In this document: piece by piece, positions 18,121 through 27,775 of the stretch
Position numbering within the stretch: the stretch's first letter is position 1
Layout of the letters: each line of letters begins with the position of its first letter
IMG/VR virus record: IMGVR_UViG_3300005713_000002
Span: 1 to 45,388 of that record
Length of the DNA: 45,388 nucleotides
DNA from: a virus
Lineage: Duplodnaviria > Caudoviricetes
Reading direction: 5' to 3' (one strand)
Translations under genes and position numbers: made by a program
The notes under the pieces: model-generated
What the model saw: the letters and a program-made list of their open reading frames with translations, nothing else
What the model was told of the DNA's origin: nothing
The model's database searches: none

Positions 18121-21100
18121 ATGCCGGGCAATCTCTACGACGAGGCGCTCGAGACGTTGCAGGACCGGCCCGCGCAGGGGCCGACCCCGCCCTCGCCCGC
18201 CGCCGCCCCGCGCGTGCCCCTGCCGGACCTCTACGAGGAGGCGCGGCGCGTCGTCGAGAGCCGGGCCGAGACGCAGGGGACGCGCCTGCGCCGGTCATTC
18301 CTGCAGAGTGCCGACGTGTCGCCCGAGCGCGCGGCCGAGGCGCGGCGCCTGTCGCTGCAGATCGGCGTCCCCCCCGCCGTGCTGCTGCGCAACTGGGACC
18401 TCTACACACAGCGGCAGGCGGTGGAGGGCCAGCCCTACGGGGCGATGCAGACGCAGACGCCGAAGACCGCCGCGTGGCTGGAGGACACCGGCAACGCGGC
18501 GGTCGCCAAAGACGACCTCGAATCGCTTGGGGCGCTGGAGTGGCTGCTCACGGCCCCGCAGCGGGCGTTCGCGCGCGGGGTGGCGCAAGTCCAGTATGCA
18601 CAGGTGGCGTATGCGAGCCTGTTCCGGCCGTTGACCCAAGCCGAACGCGATCTGGCCTCGATCCTCAAACAGGACATGACCGCAGGCGGTGCCCTTGGGG
18701 CCGGTGAGTCCTGGTTCCGCAAGGCGGTGACCGGGGCCGCCGGGCAACTGCCCATTCTGTTCGGGGCGGGCCTCGCCGGCCTCAAATACGGCATTCCGGC
18801 GGCGGTGACGGCCGGGACGGGCGCGGCGCTCGCGGGGCCACTGGCCCCGGTGACCGTGCCGGTCGCGTTCAGTGCGGGCATGACGGCCGGCACGACCGTC
18901 GGCGCGGGCGAGTTCAGTTATCAACTGGAGAGTACCCTCGCCTACGACGAGTATCTGCAGTTCACCGATGACCTCGGACAACCGCTCGACCCGGACGTCG
19001 CGAAGGCGGCGGCGCTGGCGAGCGGAATCCTCAACGGCGGGTTGGAAGTCGTCGGTCTCGAGGTGCTCGTCGAGTCGATTCCCGGCGGCAAGCGCCTGCT
19101 CGGGATGATGTCGCGCAACGCCATCAAGCAGGCGCTGCGCAGCGCGACCGTGCGCACCGCTCTCAAAGAGGCGATGGTGAGCTTCGGCAAGACGCTCACC
19201 GCCGAAACGGCCGTCGAGGTGGGGCAGCGGGCCGTGGCCATCCTGAGCGGGGAAGTGGGGAAACAGGTCAGCGGACAGGCCATTCCCGCCAAGACGCCGA
19301 CGGAAGTCGCCTCAGACCTCTACGAGGAGGCCGTGGGGGCGCTGCAGGCGTTTCTGCTCATCGCCGCCCCCGGCCCGACCCTGCAGGCCACGCTCGGGGT
19401 GCGCGAAGCCCGCCGCGCCCAGCAGAACGTCGCGTTTTTCGAGGCGCTCGGCCAGGGGGTCGCCAACAGTAAAACCGCGCAGCGGGCGCCGGAGGCGCTG
19501 CAGGACCTGCTCACGACGGTGACCGAGGACGGCCCCATTCCCGACGTCTACATGCCGGTCGGGCCGTGGGTCGCCTACTGGCAGGAGCAGGGGCAGGACC
19601 CGGACCAGGTCGCGGCCGAGGTGACCGGCATCCCCAACGCCCTGGCGCAGGCCGTGGAGACGAGCGGTGACCTGCGCATTCCGACCGCCGCCTATGCCGC
19701 CCGGCTCGCCGGCACGCCCCACAACGCGGCGCTCGCGCCGCAACTGCGGCTTGGGCCGAACGAGCTCAACGCCGTCGAAGCGCAGGCGGTGCTCGCGGCG
19801 ATGGCCGAGCAGCAGGCGGCGCTGGAAGCCGCCGCTACCCAGGTGGCCGAGCCCGTCGCGCCCACCCCCGCCGAGCAGCTCCGCGCGCAGGTGACCGCGC
19901 AACTGGAAGCCGCGCAGGTCCCGCGTGCCACCGCTGAACGCTACGCGGCCTTGGTCGAGGCCGGCTTCGGGTCGCTGGCCGAACGCGCCGCCCTCGCCGG
20001 GATCGACCCGCTCACGCTCTTCCGCGAGTATGGGATTGCGATTGAGCGCACGACCGAAGCGCGAGCCGAGCAGCCCCCCTCAGCCCCGCCGGCGGCGCCT
20101 GGCGCGGCCCCGATCACGCCGGCCGGGGTGGTCCCACCCCCCGCCGTGACGCTGCCCGTAGAGGGCGCAGCGGCCCCGGTGGTGACGTTCGGGGGGATGG
20201 ACCTGCTCAGCGACATCGAGCTCGAGGCGATGCTCGACAGTGCGAACCCGGAGAACGTCGCGGCGGCGGTGGCCGAAGTGCGACGGCGGCACGCCGCCAT
20301 CACCGCTCCTGCGCAGACGGTGGTCTACGATGCCGCCGGCCAGCGGCGCGTGCTGCCGCCGGAGCAGGCCGCCACCTACCGCGCCCAGGATGGCGAGACG
20401 GTCGTGGCCGAAACGCGCACCGGCCTGCGCGTGGTCGAGGACCGCGGGGGCCGTTTACCCTTGACGCCGCCCGCTGCCGTCGCAGAGACTGCCGCTGGTG
20501 CCACCCAACCCGGAGCCGTCGCCGTCGAACCCGGAGCCGCTGGCGCCGTCGCCCCAGCCGGCGCTGCCGAGGCGGTGGCCGGCCCTGCGGCCGGGCCGGT
20601 CCTTTCCGACCGTGCTCGCGAACTCGTTGACGCTTATGCGGGCGGGGGTGCCGAAGGGGCAGGCGCTGGCGCTGGCGCTGCAGTTCGCCGGCTACCGGCC
20701 CCCGGCGACTATCCCCTCGTCGCCTTCGAGCCCGCCGACCCCGACGCCGACGCCGCCCGCCTCACCCCCGGCGTCCGACGCGAACTGACCCGCATCGCCG
20801 ACGAGCTCCGCGAGCTGCCCTTCATCCAGCGCGTCTGGTCCTGGCTCGGCGCGGGGGAACGCAAGACGGGCACGGCGGCGGGCGGCGCGGCCGACATCAT
20901 CGGGGGGGCGCCGGGGGCGCCGGTCTACGACGACGTGCTCCAGTTCAGCCCGCTCAACAAAGGCGCGAAAGGCGCGCTCGCCCGGCAGGTGCGCGGCACG
21001 CGCGCGCAGGTGGAGACCGCCGTGCGGCGCACGCTCGAGACCGGCCGCATCAGCAGCAACCTGGCCGAAGGCGCCGTGCGCGTGGCCGAGCACCGCGAGG

Positions 21101-24100
21101 CGGGCGACTACGCGGACCTCTCGCCGCCGTCCCTGCCGCCGTCGTGGGGTGAGGTCGCGGATGAACAGTTCACCGACGACCTGCGCGCAGCGATCGATGC
21201 GGAACTCGACGCGGGGGCGCTCGAGATTCCCGACGAGGAGTTGTCGGCGGCGCAACTGGAGGCGGAGGCGACCGACGAGGACATCCGCTTCGACGTGTCG
21301 GAGTTCGGGCAGAGCCTGATCGACCTGCTGCAGATGGCCGGTGGGATGGACCCCGGTGCCGCTGCGCTCGCCACCATCCGGCAGCACGGCTACGACATCG
21401 AAACCTACAACGAGCAGACGGGCGTCTGGGAACTGACCGATACGCGCGTCTCCGATGACACACGCAGTCGGGGCGGGGCGATCGGGCGTCGCGCCGTCCC
21501 TGCCCCGGTGACCGCGGCGCTCCAGATGCTCAACCACCTGCCGGTCGAGACGGTCATCGCGCTGATCAATGCCCCGCCGATGGCGGACATCCTGCCGACC
21601 GGGGAAGTGCAGCCGCGCCTGCCGGGGGCCGAAGCGGTGCGCGAGCAGGAGGTGCCCACGCCGACCCTCGAGGAGGTGGAGGCCCGCAAGCAACGGCTCC
21701 ACGATGAGATCGAGGACCTGGACCATGAGCTCGGGCATCCCTTCGGGGACCGCGATGACTTCTCCTCGCTGATGCACACGGCGCTGGAAGACGTGAGCGA
21801 AGCGGATCTGCGGGCGGCGCTGGAGGATCTCGAAGCGTTGCGGCGTGACCGGCTCCGTGCCCTGATACCGGAGGCGAGGCCGGTGGTCATGGGGGAGGAG
21901 GCAGAAGAGGAGGAAGGCGGCTTCCAGGGCACGCTCTTCCAGGAGACCGAGGGTCTGGTCACGCCCCCCGTCGCCCCGCTGGCCCCGGCTACGGTCGCGG
22001 CGCTGCCGCCGCTCGACCCCGCGCTCGCGCCGGTCGTCGAGGCGGTCACGCTGCAGGCGCTGGTGCCGCAGGTGCAGGCGGCGATGGCCGCCAGCCCCAC
22101 CGGGCGCCTCCGGCTGCGTCCGCTCAAGGAGTTCCTGCAGGCCACGGTGCGCGCGGCCTTGGAGCGCAGCGGGCTGCAGGGACCGCTGGACGCGGCGCGC
22201 GCCGAGGTGCAGGCGTTCCTGACGCATGTGATGACGCGCGAGGTGGCCGCGGCGCTGGCGCAGGCGCAGAGCGCGGTCGGCTGGTATCACCGCAAGGTCT
22301 ATCAGGCGCGCGCCGTGATGAGCCTGCCGTTCCCTGAACTGGCGCGGGACCGCAATGCCTGGTTCGCGTTCAGTTACGCGCTGGCCGTCACCAGCAACGG
22401 CCTCGAGGCCGCCAAGCGCAACTTCGAACTCGCGACCATCGCCTACGAGCACTACCGCCGCACAGGTCTGATGCCGACGAATATCGGCGAGGGCACGGCC
22501 AAGGCGCAGATCGACGAACAGCTCGCGCGGTTCAACACGCTGAAGGCCGAGTGGGGCCTCGACGCCTTCCGCACCTTCATGGTCACCAAGACCACGGTCA
22601 GTGCGATCAAGAAGCTGGGCTTCAACGTGTCCGGCGAGCGGGCCACGCAGGAGGTCTACGGCGCTGCGATGCTCGGCGCGAAGATCGGCAACGGGTTCTT
22701 CATGAACCTCAACGGCGTCTACAGTCAGCTCACGATGGACCGCTGGTATGTGCGCGCCTGGCAGCGATGGCTCGGTCGGCTCATTGAGGCGCGTCCCGAG
22801 GTCGTCGCCAAGAACCGCGTCGAAGTTCAGCAGGCGCTGGCCGCGCTGACGCCGGAGGCTCGCGCGGCGTGGAGCGCCCTCATCAAGATGCCGCTGCAGG
22901 ACGCCACCTATACCTACACGGACGCGGAGCTGGACACCATCGCGGCGGCGATTGGCAAGGTCAGCGAGCGCGCCGACAAGCGGGCGCAGATGAACGCGAC
23001 GCCCGAGGGCGTCTGGTTGCGCAAGAAGGGCAACACGCTCGACACGAATCTGGCGGGCGAGCGCGAAGGGCCGAAGAACCCGGAGGAGCGCGCCCAGATG
23101 CGGGTCGTCACGGCGGCCTCGCTGGCGGCGCTGCGCGCGGGCGGGTATACTGATCTCACCATCGCCGATGAGCAGGCGGTGCTGTGGTATCCGGAAAAGC
23201 GGCTGTATAAAGCCGCGAGTGACCAAGAGGAGGTCGGGAGTGGCTACCAGGACGGCGAAGCGCCAGACTACGCCAACGCCGCCGTCGCCGTCGTCCGCGA
23301 CCGCGGGTTCGACGAGCGATCCATCGCGCGCGCCCTTGCCGCCGGACGACGACGCGCTGCGGACACGGCCCGACGTGCAGCAGCAGCACAACCAGTTGGA
23401 GGAGGAGCGGCTGGCGCTGGAGAAACTGGGACTGCCGCCCTTCCCCGAGGAGTTCGACGAGTAACGCTGCGCCAGGTCGGCCGGCGCGGCGCCATCACCA
23501 TCGGCCCCAACCGCCAGATCACGATCCGCCTGTTCGAGAAGGCGAACCTCTCCACGTTCCTGCACGAAGGATGGCACCTGTTTTTTGAAGTGTTCGGCGA
23601 CCTCGTCGATCGTATCAATCAGCTCGACCCCGCCACGCTCACCGACACGCAGCGGCGGATGCTCGCCGACTACGACATCCTCCTCAAACGGCTGGGCGTG
23701 GCGAACCGCCGCGAGATCCGCCGCGAGCACCACGAGCTCGTCGCGCGCATGGGCGAGGCGTATCTCATGGAAGGCAAGGCACCATCCATCGAGTTGCGTC
23801 CCGTCTTCGCGCGGTTCCGCGCCTGGTTCCTTGGTATCTATCGCACCCTGCGCCGGCTGAACGCGCCGCTGACCGACGAGGTGCGCGGCGTCTTCGACCG
23901 CATGCTGGCGAGCGATGCCGCGATCGCGCAGGCCGAAGCGCAGGGCCGCCTCGAGCCGCTCTTCCTCACCGCCGAGCAGGCGCAGATGTCGCCGGACCGC
24001 TTCGCGCTCTACACCGAGGCGGTGGCCGGCGCGGGGCAGCGCGCGCGCGCCGAACTCGACACGAAACTCGCCGCCGAGGTCGCCCGTGAACAGACGGCGG

Positions 24101-27100
24101 TGTGGAAGGCGCAGCGCGAGGACGTGCGCGCCCAGGTCGAGGCGGTCGTCCACAAACAACCCGTCTATCAGGCGCTCGCGGCCATGCGCCGCGGCACCGC
24201 GCCCGACGGCACGCCGCTCGAGGCGGACCAGCCGCCGACCCCGCTGCGGCTGTCGCGCCGCCTCATCGCGGAGCGCTACGGCGAGGCGCGATTGAAGACC
24301 CTGCCGCCCTTTATCTCCGTCAAGCAGGACGGGCTTGACCCCGATGCGGTCGCGGCGCTGTTCGGGTTCAGCAGCGGCGACGACCTGCTGACGGCGGTCG
24401 CGGTGGCGCCGCCGATGACGACCGTCATTGAGCAGGAGACCGACCGGCGCATGCTGCAGTCGCACGGCTCCATCCTGCTCGACGGGACGCTGATGGAGCA
24501 GGCGCAGGCGGCCTCGGCCAACGAGGAGCGCGAGACGGTGCTGCGCGCCGAGCTCCGCGCCTTGTTGGACCTCCAACGAACGACACAGCCCTTCGTGCGG
24601 GCGGAGCAGCGCACCGCCGCCGAGCAACGCCGCCAGGCCGAGCGCGAGCGCGCCTACGAGCGGCGCTGGTTCGAGGCGGAAGCCAAGCTCCGCATCGCCA
24701 TTGCCGAAGGGCGCAAGCAGGTGGAGATCGACCGGCTCGAGGACGAGGTGGATCGGCTCCATGCTTTGGCGCGCGGCGGCCCCGCCGCCATCCGCCGGCA
24801 GCTCCCGACCCGCCAGCAGGTGCAGACCTTCGTCACCGAGCGCATCGCCAAGACGCGCGTGCGCGACCTGAGGCCGAGCGCCTTCTGGGCGACCGCGCGC
24901 CGGGCGGCGCAGGAAGCGGTGACCGCTGCCGCGCGCCAGGACTTCACCGCCGCCGCCGATGCCAAGCGCACCGAGATCGTCAACCTCGCGCTCTACCGCG
25001 AGGCGATGCGGGCGCAGGCAGACGTGGACCGCCGGGTGACACGCGCCCGCGAGCTCGGGAAGCCGGCGACGCGCAAGCGGCTCGGGTTTGCGGGCCAGAA
25101 TTATCTGGACCAGGTGGACGGCATCCTCGATCGCTACGAGTTTGCCGCCGTGCCCTTGTATGTGCTCGAGCGGCGCGCGGCGATGGCGGACTTCATCGCG
25201 GGGCTGCAGGGCGAAGGGTTGCCGGTGGAGCTGCCGGCGGAAGTGGTCAACGATGCCCGCCGCATCAACTACAAATCGGTGACGGTGGAGGAGCTCGTCG
25301 GCGTGACCGACGGCCTTGAACAGATCCTCCACTTGGCGCGGCTGCAGACGCGCCTGCTGAAGGAGGCGCAGCAGCGTACGCTCGACGAGCAGGCGCAGCG
25401 GATGGCCGACTCGATCCGCGAGCACGCGCGCGGCGTGCGCAAACCGCCGGCCCGTGACCGGCGCCCGACCGAAGAGCGGCGGCGCGCGATCGGGGACACC
25501 TTCGGCAGTCACCGCACGTTGTCCTTCATCCTGAACGAGATGGACGGGTTTGAGGATGGCGGCCCCATGTGGGAGGCGATCATGGTGCCGCTCAACGAGG
25601 CCGGCGCGCAGAAGGCGGAGCGCAATGCGCTGGCCAGCCGTGCGCTCGCCGCGATCGTCGAGCGCGCCTTTCCCCGGTCGGCCAAAAACAAGCTCTATGA
25701 CAAGCAGTTGATTCCGGCAATCGGGCAGTCGCTCTCCTACATGGAACGCCTGATGGTGGCACTCAACTGGGGCAACGAGGGCAACCGCGAACGGATCCGC
25801 CGCTACGAGAAATGGACCGACCAGCAGGTGCAGGCGATTCTCGACACGCTCAGCGCATCCGACCTCGAGTTCGTGCAGGCGGTCTGGGACTACTACGAGA
25901 CCTACTGGCCGGAGATTGTCGCGAAGCAGCAGCGCGTCACGGGCCTGGCCCCGGCGAAAGTGCAGCCGGTCGGGTTCACCGCCGCCGGAGGGACGGTGCG
26001 CGGCGGCTATCATCCGCTCGCCTACGACGACCGCGTGAGTGCGCGCGCGCAGGTCGATCAGGAACTCACCAGCGCGACCCTCGCCCGCCACGCCGCCTAC
26101 GTCCACGCCACGACGAATCGTGGCCACGTCGAGGCGCGCGTCGCCAGCGTCAATCGTCCCGTGCGCCGCGATTTCGGCGTCATCTTTGAGCACGTCACGC
26201 GCGTGATCCACGACCTGACGCACCACGAGGCACTGATTGATGTCGGCCGACTCCTGGGCCACCGCGCCGTGCAGGAGGCGATCTACGAGGTGTATGGGGA
26301 CCAGGCTTACAAGCGCATCCGCAACACGATCCGCGATGTCGCCTTCGACGAGGTGCCGGCCCAGAACGGGGTCGAGCGCGCGTTCAATCACGTCCGCGTC
26401 GGCTCGACGCTCTCCGCGCTGGGATGGTATGTCCAGTCCGCGTTCATCCAACTCGCCGGGCTGGCCAACGCGGCGGTGCGCATCGGGCCGCGCTGGGTGG
26501 TCGCGGGCCTGGTGCGCTGGCTGCGGAGCCCGACCACGATGGTCGAAACCGTCCGCTGGATTTACGACCGCAGCGTGACGATGCGCACGCGCGGCTATAC
26601 GCAGCAGCGCGAGATCAACGAGATCCGCGCCACGATCAACTGGTCCACGGGCAAGTTTGCGCCGTGGATGGACGAGATCCTCGCCAAGGCGACCGCAGAT
26701 GTCGTGACACGGCAGGGCATCCTAGACAGTTATTTCTGGATGATCCAGCAGATGCAGCGCATCGTGGACGTGATCACCTGGCTGGGCGCGTATGAGAAGG
26801 CGATGGCCGCCGGGGAGGCGGACCCGGCGCGCGTCATCCAGCTCGCCGACCAGGCGGTCCTCGATTCGCAGGGCGCCGGGCAAATCAAGGACCTGGCGGA
26901 GGTGCGGCGCGGCGGGCCGATGCTCAAGCTGTGGACGAACTTCTACACGGGCGGCAGTATCACCTACAACCAGACGGTGCAAGCGACCAAGCGCGCGCGC
27001 TTCAATCAGCCCGGCTCGATGGGGCGGTTGCTGTCCGACTACATGATGCTGTTCATCATGCCGGCGGCGGCCATCTACGCCATTCGGGCCATGCTGCGGC

Positions 27101-27459
27101 CGGGGGAGGCGGACGACGACGATGCGGTCGCGTGGGCGATCGCGATGGAATCGCTGTCGCTCCTGTTTGGGACGATGGTCGGCCTGCGCGAGCTCAGCAG
27201 CTCGGTCCAGGGCTACGCCGGCTATGACGGCCCCGCCGGGGCGAATGCGTTTGCGGCGATGGGCCGCCTCGTGCGGCAGGTGCAGCAGGGGGAAGTGGAC
27301 CCGGCGCTCTGGAAGGCGCTGGCCGATGTCGGCGGGCCGATCCTGCACTTCCCCGTGAATCAGACGGTGCGGACCATGCAGGGCATCATGGCCCTGGCCG
27401 AGGGGACGACCCGGAACCCGGTGGCCGTGGTCAGCGGCCCGCCGAAGGACGAGGACTAA
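18121..27459 (+). CDS. Giant internal virion/DNA ejection polyvalent protein (3112 aa)
   Basis: Uninterrupted 9.3-kb ORF at the T7 gp16-equivalent position. Contains HEGWH zincin-like motif (23563-23577) and a putative enzymatic insert (22282-23210). Confidence 0.85.
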   Translation: MPGNLYDEALETLQDRPAQGPTPPSPAAAPRVPLPDLYEEARRVVESRAETQGTRLRRSFLQSADVSPERAAEARRLSLQIGVPPAVLLRNWDLYTQRQAVEGQPYGAMQTQTPKTAAWLEDTGNAAVAKDDLESLGALEWLLTAPQRAFARGVAQVQYAQVAYASLFRPLTQAERDLASILKQDMTAGGALGAGESWFRKAVTGAAGQLPILFGAGLAGLKYGIPAAVTAGTGAALAGPLAPVTVPVAFSAGMTAGTTVGAGEFSYQLESTLAYDEYLQFTDDLGQPLDPDVAKAAALASGILNGGLEVVGLEVLVESIPGGKRLLGMMSRNAIKQALRSATVRTALKEAMVSFGKTLTAETAVEVGQRAVAILSGEVGKQVSGQAIPAKTPTEVASDLYEEAVGALQAFLLIAAPGPTLQATLGVREARRAQQNVAFFEALGQGVANSKTAQRAPEALQDLLTTVTEDGPIPDVYMPVGPWVAYWQEQGQDPDQVAAEVTGIPNALAQAVETSGDLRIPTAAYAARLAGTPHNAALAPQLRLGPNELNAVEAQAVLAAMAEQQAALEAAATQVAEPVAPTPAEQLRAQVTAQLEAAQVPRATAERYAALVEAGFGSLAERAALAGIDPLTLFREYGIAIERTTEARAEQPPSAPPAAPGAAPITPAGVVPPPAVTLPVEGAAAPVVTFGGMDLLSDIELEAMLDSANPENVAAAVAEVRRRHAAITAPAQTVVYDAAGQRRVLPPEQAATYRAQDGETVVAETRTGLRVVEDRGGRLPLTPPAAVAETAAGATQPGAVAVEPGAAGAVAPAGAAEAVAGPAAGPVLSDRARELVDAYAGGGAEGAGAGAGAAVRRLPAPGDYPLVAFEPADPDADAARLTPGVRRELTRIADELRELPFIQRVWSWLGAGERKTGTAAGGAADIIGGAPGAPVYDDVLQFSPLNKGAKGALARQVRGTRAQVETAVRRTLETGRISSNLAEGAVRVAEHREAGDYADLSPPSLPPSWGEVADEQFTDDLRAAIDAELDAGALEIPDEELSAAQLEAEATDEDIRFDVSEFGQSLIDLLQMAGGMDPGAAALATIRQHGYDIETYNEQTGVWELTDTRVSDDTRSRGGAIGRRAVPAPVTAALQMLNHLPVETVIALINAPPMADILPTGEVQPRLPGAEAVREQEVPTPTLEEVEARKQRLHDEIEDLDHELGHPFGDRDDFSSLMHTALEDVSEADLRAALEDLEALRRDRLRALIPEARPVVMGEEAEEEEGGFQGTLFQETEGLVTPPVAPLAPATVAALPPLDPALAPVVEAVTLQALVPQVQAAMAASPTGRLRLRPLKEFLQATVRAALERSGLQGPLDAARAEVQAFLTHVMTREVAAALAQAQSAVGWYHRKVYQARAVMSLPFPELARDRNAWFAFSYALAVTSNGLEAAKRNFELATIAYEHYRRTGLMPTNIGEGTAKAQIDEQLARFNTLKAEWGLDAFRTFMVTKTTVSAIKKLGFNVSGERATQEVYGAAMLGAKIGNGFFMNLNGVYSQLTMDRWYVRAWQRWLGRLIEARPEVVAKNRVEVQQALAALTPEARAAWSALIKMPLQDATYTYTDAELDTIAAAIGKVSERADKRAQMNATPEGVWLRKKGNTLDTNLAGEREGPKNPEERAQMRVVTAASLAALRAGGYTDLTIADEQAVLWYPEKRLYKAASDQEEVGSGYQDGEAPDYANAAVAVVRDRGFDERSIARALAAGRRRAADTARRAAAAQPVGGGAAGAGETGTAALPRGVRRVTLRQVGRRGAITIGPNRQITIRLFEKANLSTFLHEGWHLFFEVFGDLVDRINQLDPATLTDTQRRMLADYDILLKRLGVANRREIRREHHELVARMGEAYLMEGKAPSIELRPVFARFRAWFLGIYRTLRRLNAPLTDEVRGVFDRMLASDAAIAQAEAQGRLEPLFLTAEQAQMSPDRFALYTEAVAGAGQRARAELDTKLAAEVAREQTAVWKAQREDVRAQVEAVVHKQPVYQALAAMRRGTAPDGTPLEADQPPTPLRLSRRLIAERYGEARLKTLPPFISVKQDGLDPDAVAALFGFSSGDDLLTAVAVAPPMTTVIEQETDRRMLQSHGSILLDGTLMEQAQAASANEERETVLRAELRALLDLQRTTQPFVRAEQRTAAEQRRQAERERAYERRWFEAEAKLRIAIAEGRKQVEIDRLEDEVDRLHALARGGPAAIRRQLPTRQQVQTFVTERIAKTRVRDLRPSAFWATARRAAQEAVTAAARQDFTAAADAKRTEIVNLALYREAMRAQADVDRRVTRARELGKPATRKRLGFAGQNYLDQVDGILDRYEFAAVPLYVLERRAAMADFIAGLQGEGLPVELPAEVVNDARRINYKSVTVEELVGVTDGLEQILHLARLQTRLLKEAQQRTLDEQAQRMADSIREHARGVRKPPARDRRPTEERRRAIGDTFGSHRTLSFILNEMDGFEDGGPMWEAIMVPLNEAGAQKAERNALASRALAAIVERAFPRSAKNKLYDKQLIPAIGQSLSYMERLMVALNWGNEGNRERIRRYEKWTDQQVQAILDTLSASDLEFVQAVWDYYETYWPEIVAKQQRVTGLAPAKVQPVGFTAAGGTVRGGYHPLAYDDRVSARAQVDQELTSATLARHAAYVHATTNRGHVEARVASVNRPVRRDFGVIFEHVTRVIHDLTHHEALIDVGRLLGHRAVQEAIYEVYGDQAYKRIRNTIRDVAFDEVPAQNGVERAFNHVRVGSTLSALGWYVQSAFIQLAGLANAAVRIGPRWVVAGLVRWLRSPTTMVETVRWIYDRSVTMRTRGYTQQREINEIRATINWSTGKFAPWMDEILAKATADVVTRQGILDSYFWMIQQMQRIVDVITWLGAYEKAMAAGEADPARVIQLADQAVLDSQGAGQIKDLAEVRRGGPMLKLWTNFYTGGSITYNQTVQATKRARFNQPGSMGRLLSDYMMLFIMPAAAIYAIRAMLRPGEADDDDAVAWAIAMESLSLLFGTMVGLRELSSSVQGYAGYDGPAGANAFAAMGRLVRQVQQGEVDPALWKALADVGGPILHFPVNQTVRTMQGIMALAEGTTRNPVAVVSGPPKDED
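20461..20490 (+). promoter_or_regulatory. Candidate internal promoter for nested gene 20498-20788
   Basis: TTGACG(20461-66)-18 bp-GAGACT(20485-90), GTG 7 nt downstream (leaderless geometry). Confidence 0.4.
20498..20788 (+). CDS. Nested +1-frame gene inside the giant ejection gene (96 aa)
   Basis: G/C-ending codon preference shifts from the host frame to this frame. Core ANSLTLMRAGVPKGQALALALQFAG looks protein-like. Confidence 0.55.
   Translation: MPPNPEPSPSNPEPLAPSPQPALPRRWPALRPGRSFPTVLANSLTLMRAGVPKGQALALALQFAGYRPPATIPSSPSSPPTPTPTPPASPPASDAN
23168..23464 (+). CDS. Nested +1-frame gene inside the giant ejection gene (true start uncertain)
   Basis: Over about 23310-23464 the main frame has many A/T-ending codons, while this frame reads with G/C-ending codons as LRTRPDVQQQHNQLEEERLALEKLGLPPFPEEFDE. 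TATACT at 23146-23151. Confidence 0.5.
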   Translation: MSRRCCGIRKSGCIKPRVTKRRSGVATRTAKRQTTPTPPSPSSATAGSTSDPSRAPLPPDDDALRTRPDVQQQHNQLEEERLALEKLGLPPFPEEFDE

Positions 27460-27728
27460 GGGCGATGGCGGTTGCCGTCACGCCACCAGCGGTGGAGCCA
27501 GCCGGGTGCCCACGGTTCATGCGCCCAGACCGGCATCTGGCCGAGGAGCATGACGACACCGCAGGCGAGCAGCACCCAGAGCGCCCAGGCTCCCGGCGCG
27601 AACGCCGGGGCGGTCACCAGGATCCCAAGGGCCACCAGGTAGGCCACGGCGGACAGGAACCCGAGCACCTCACTGACGGGGGAGGCAAAGACGAGCCAGT
27701 GCAGACAGCGGGACACGAACTGGGACAT
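27456..27728 (-). CDS. Antisense small membrane protein, candidate superinfection exclusion factor
   Basis: Two hydrophobic segments and a GGAG RBS; fills the gap between the ejection gene and the fibre in the opposite orientation. Confidence 0.65.
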   Translation of the reverse strand: MSQFVSRCLHWLVFASPVSEVLGFLSAVAYLVALGILVTAPAFAPGAWALWVLLACGVVMLLGQMPVWAHEPWAPGWLHRWWRDGNRHRP

Positions 27729-27775
27729 ACAGGGACTCCAGCCGTCAGTGTAGCTGAGCTGTCAAGAGGGCCGGC

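Noticed and set aside
20692-26451. 1919-aa antisense ORF (and other long antisense ORFs such as 4553-6649 and 13967-15712)
   Set aside because: Shadow ORFs expected opposite high-GC genes with strong codon bias; no motifs, unnatural composition.
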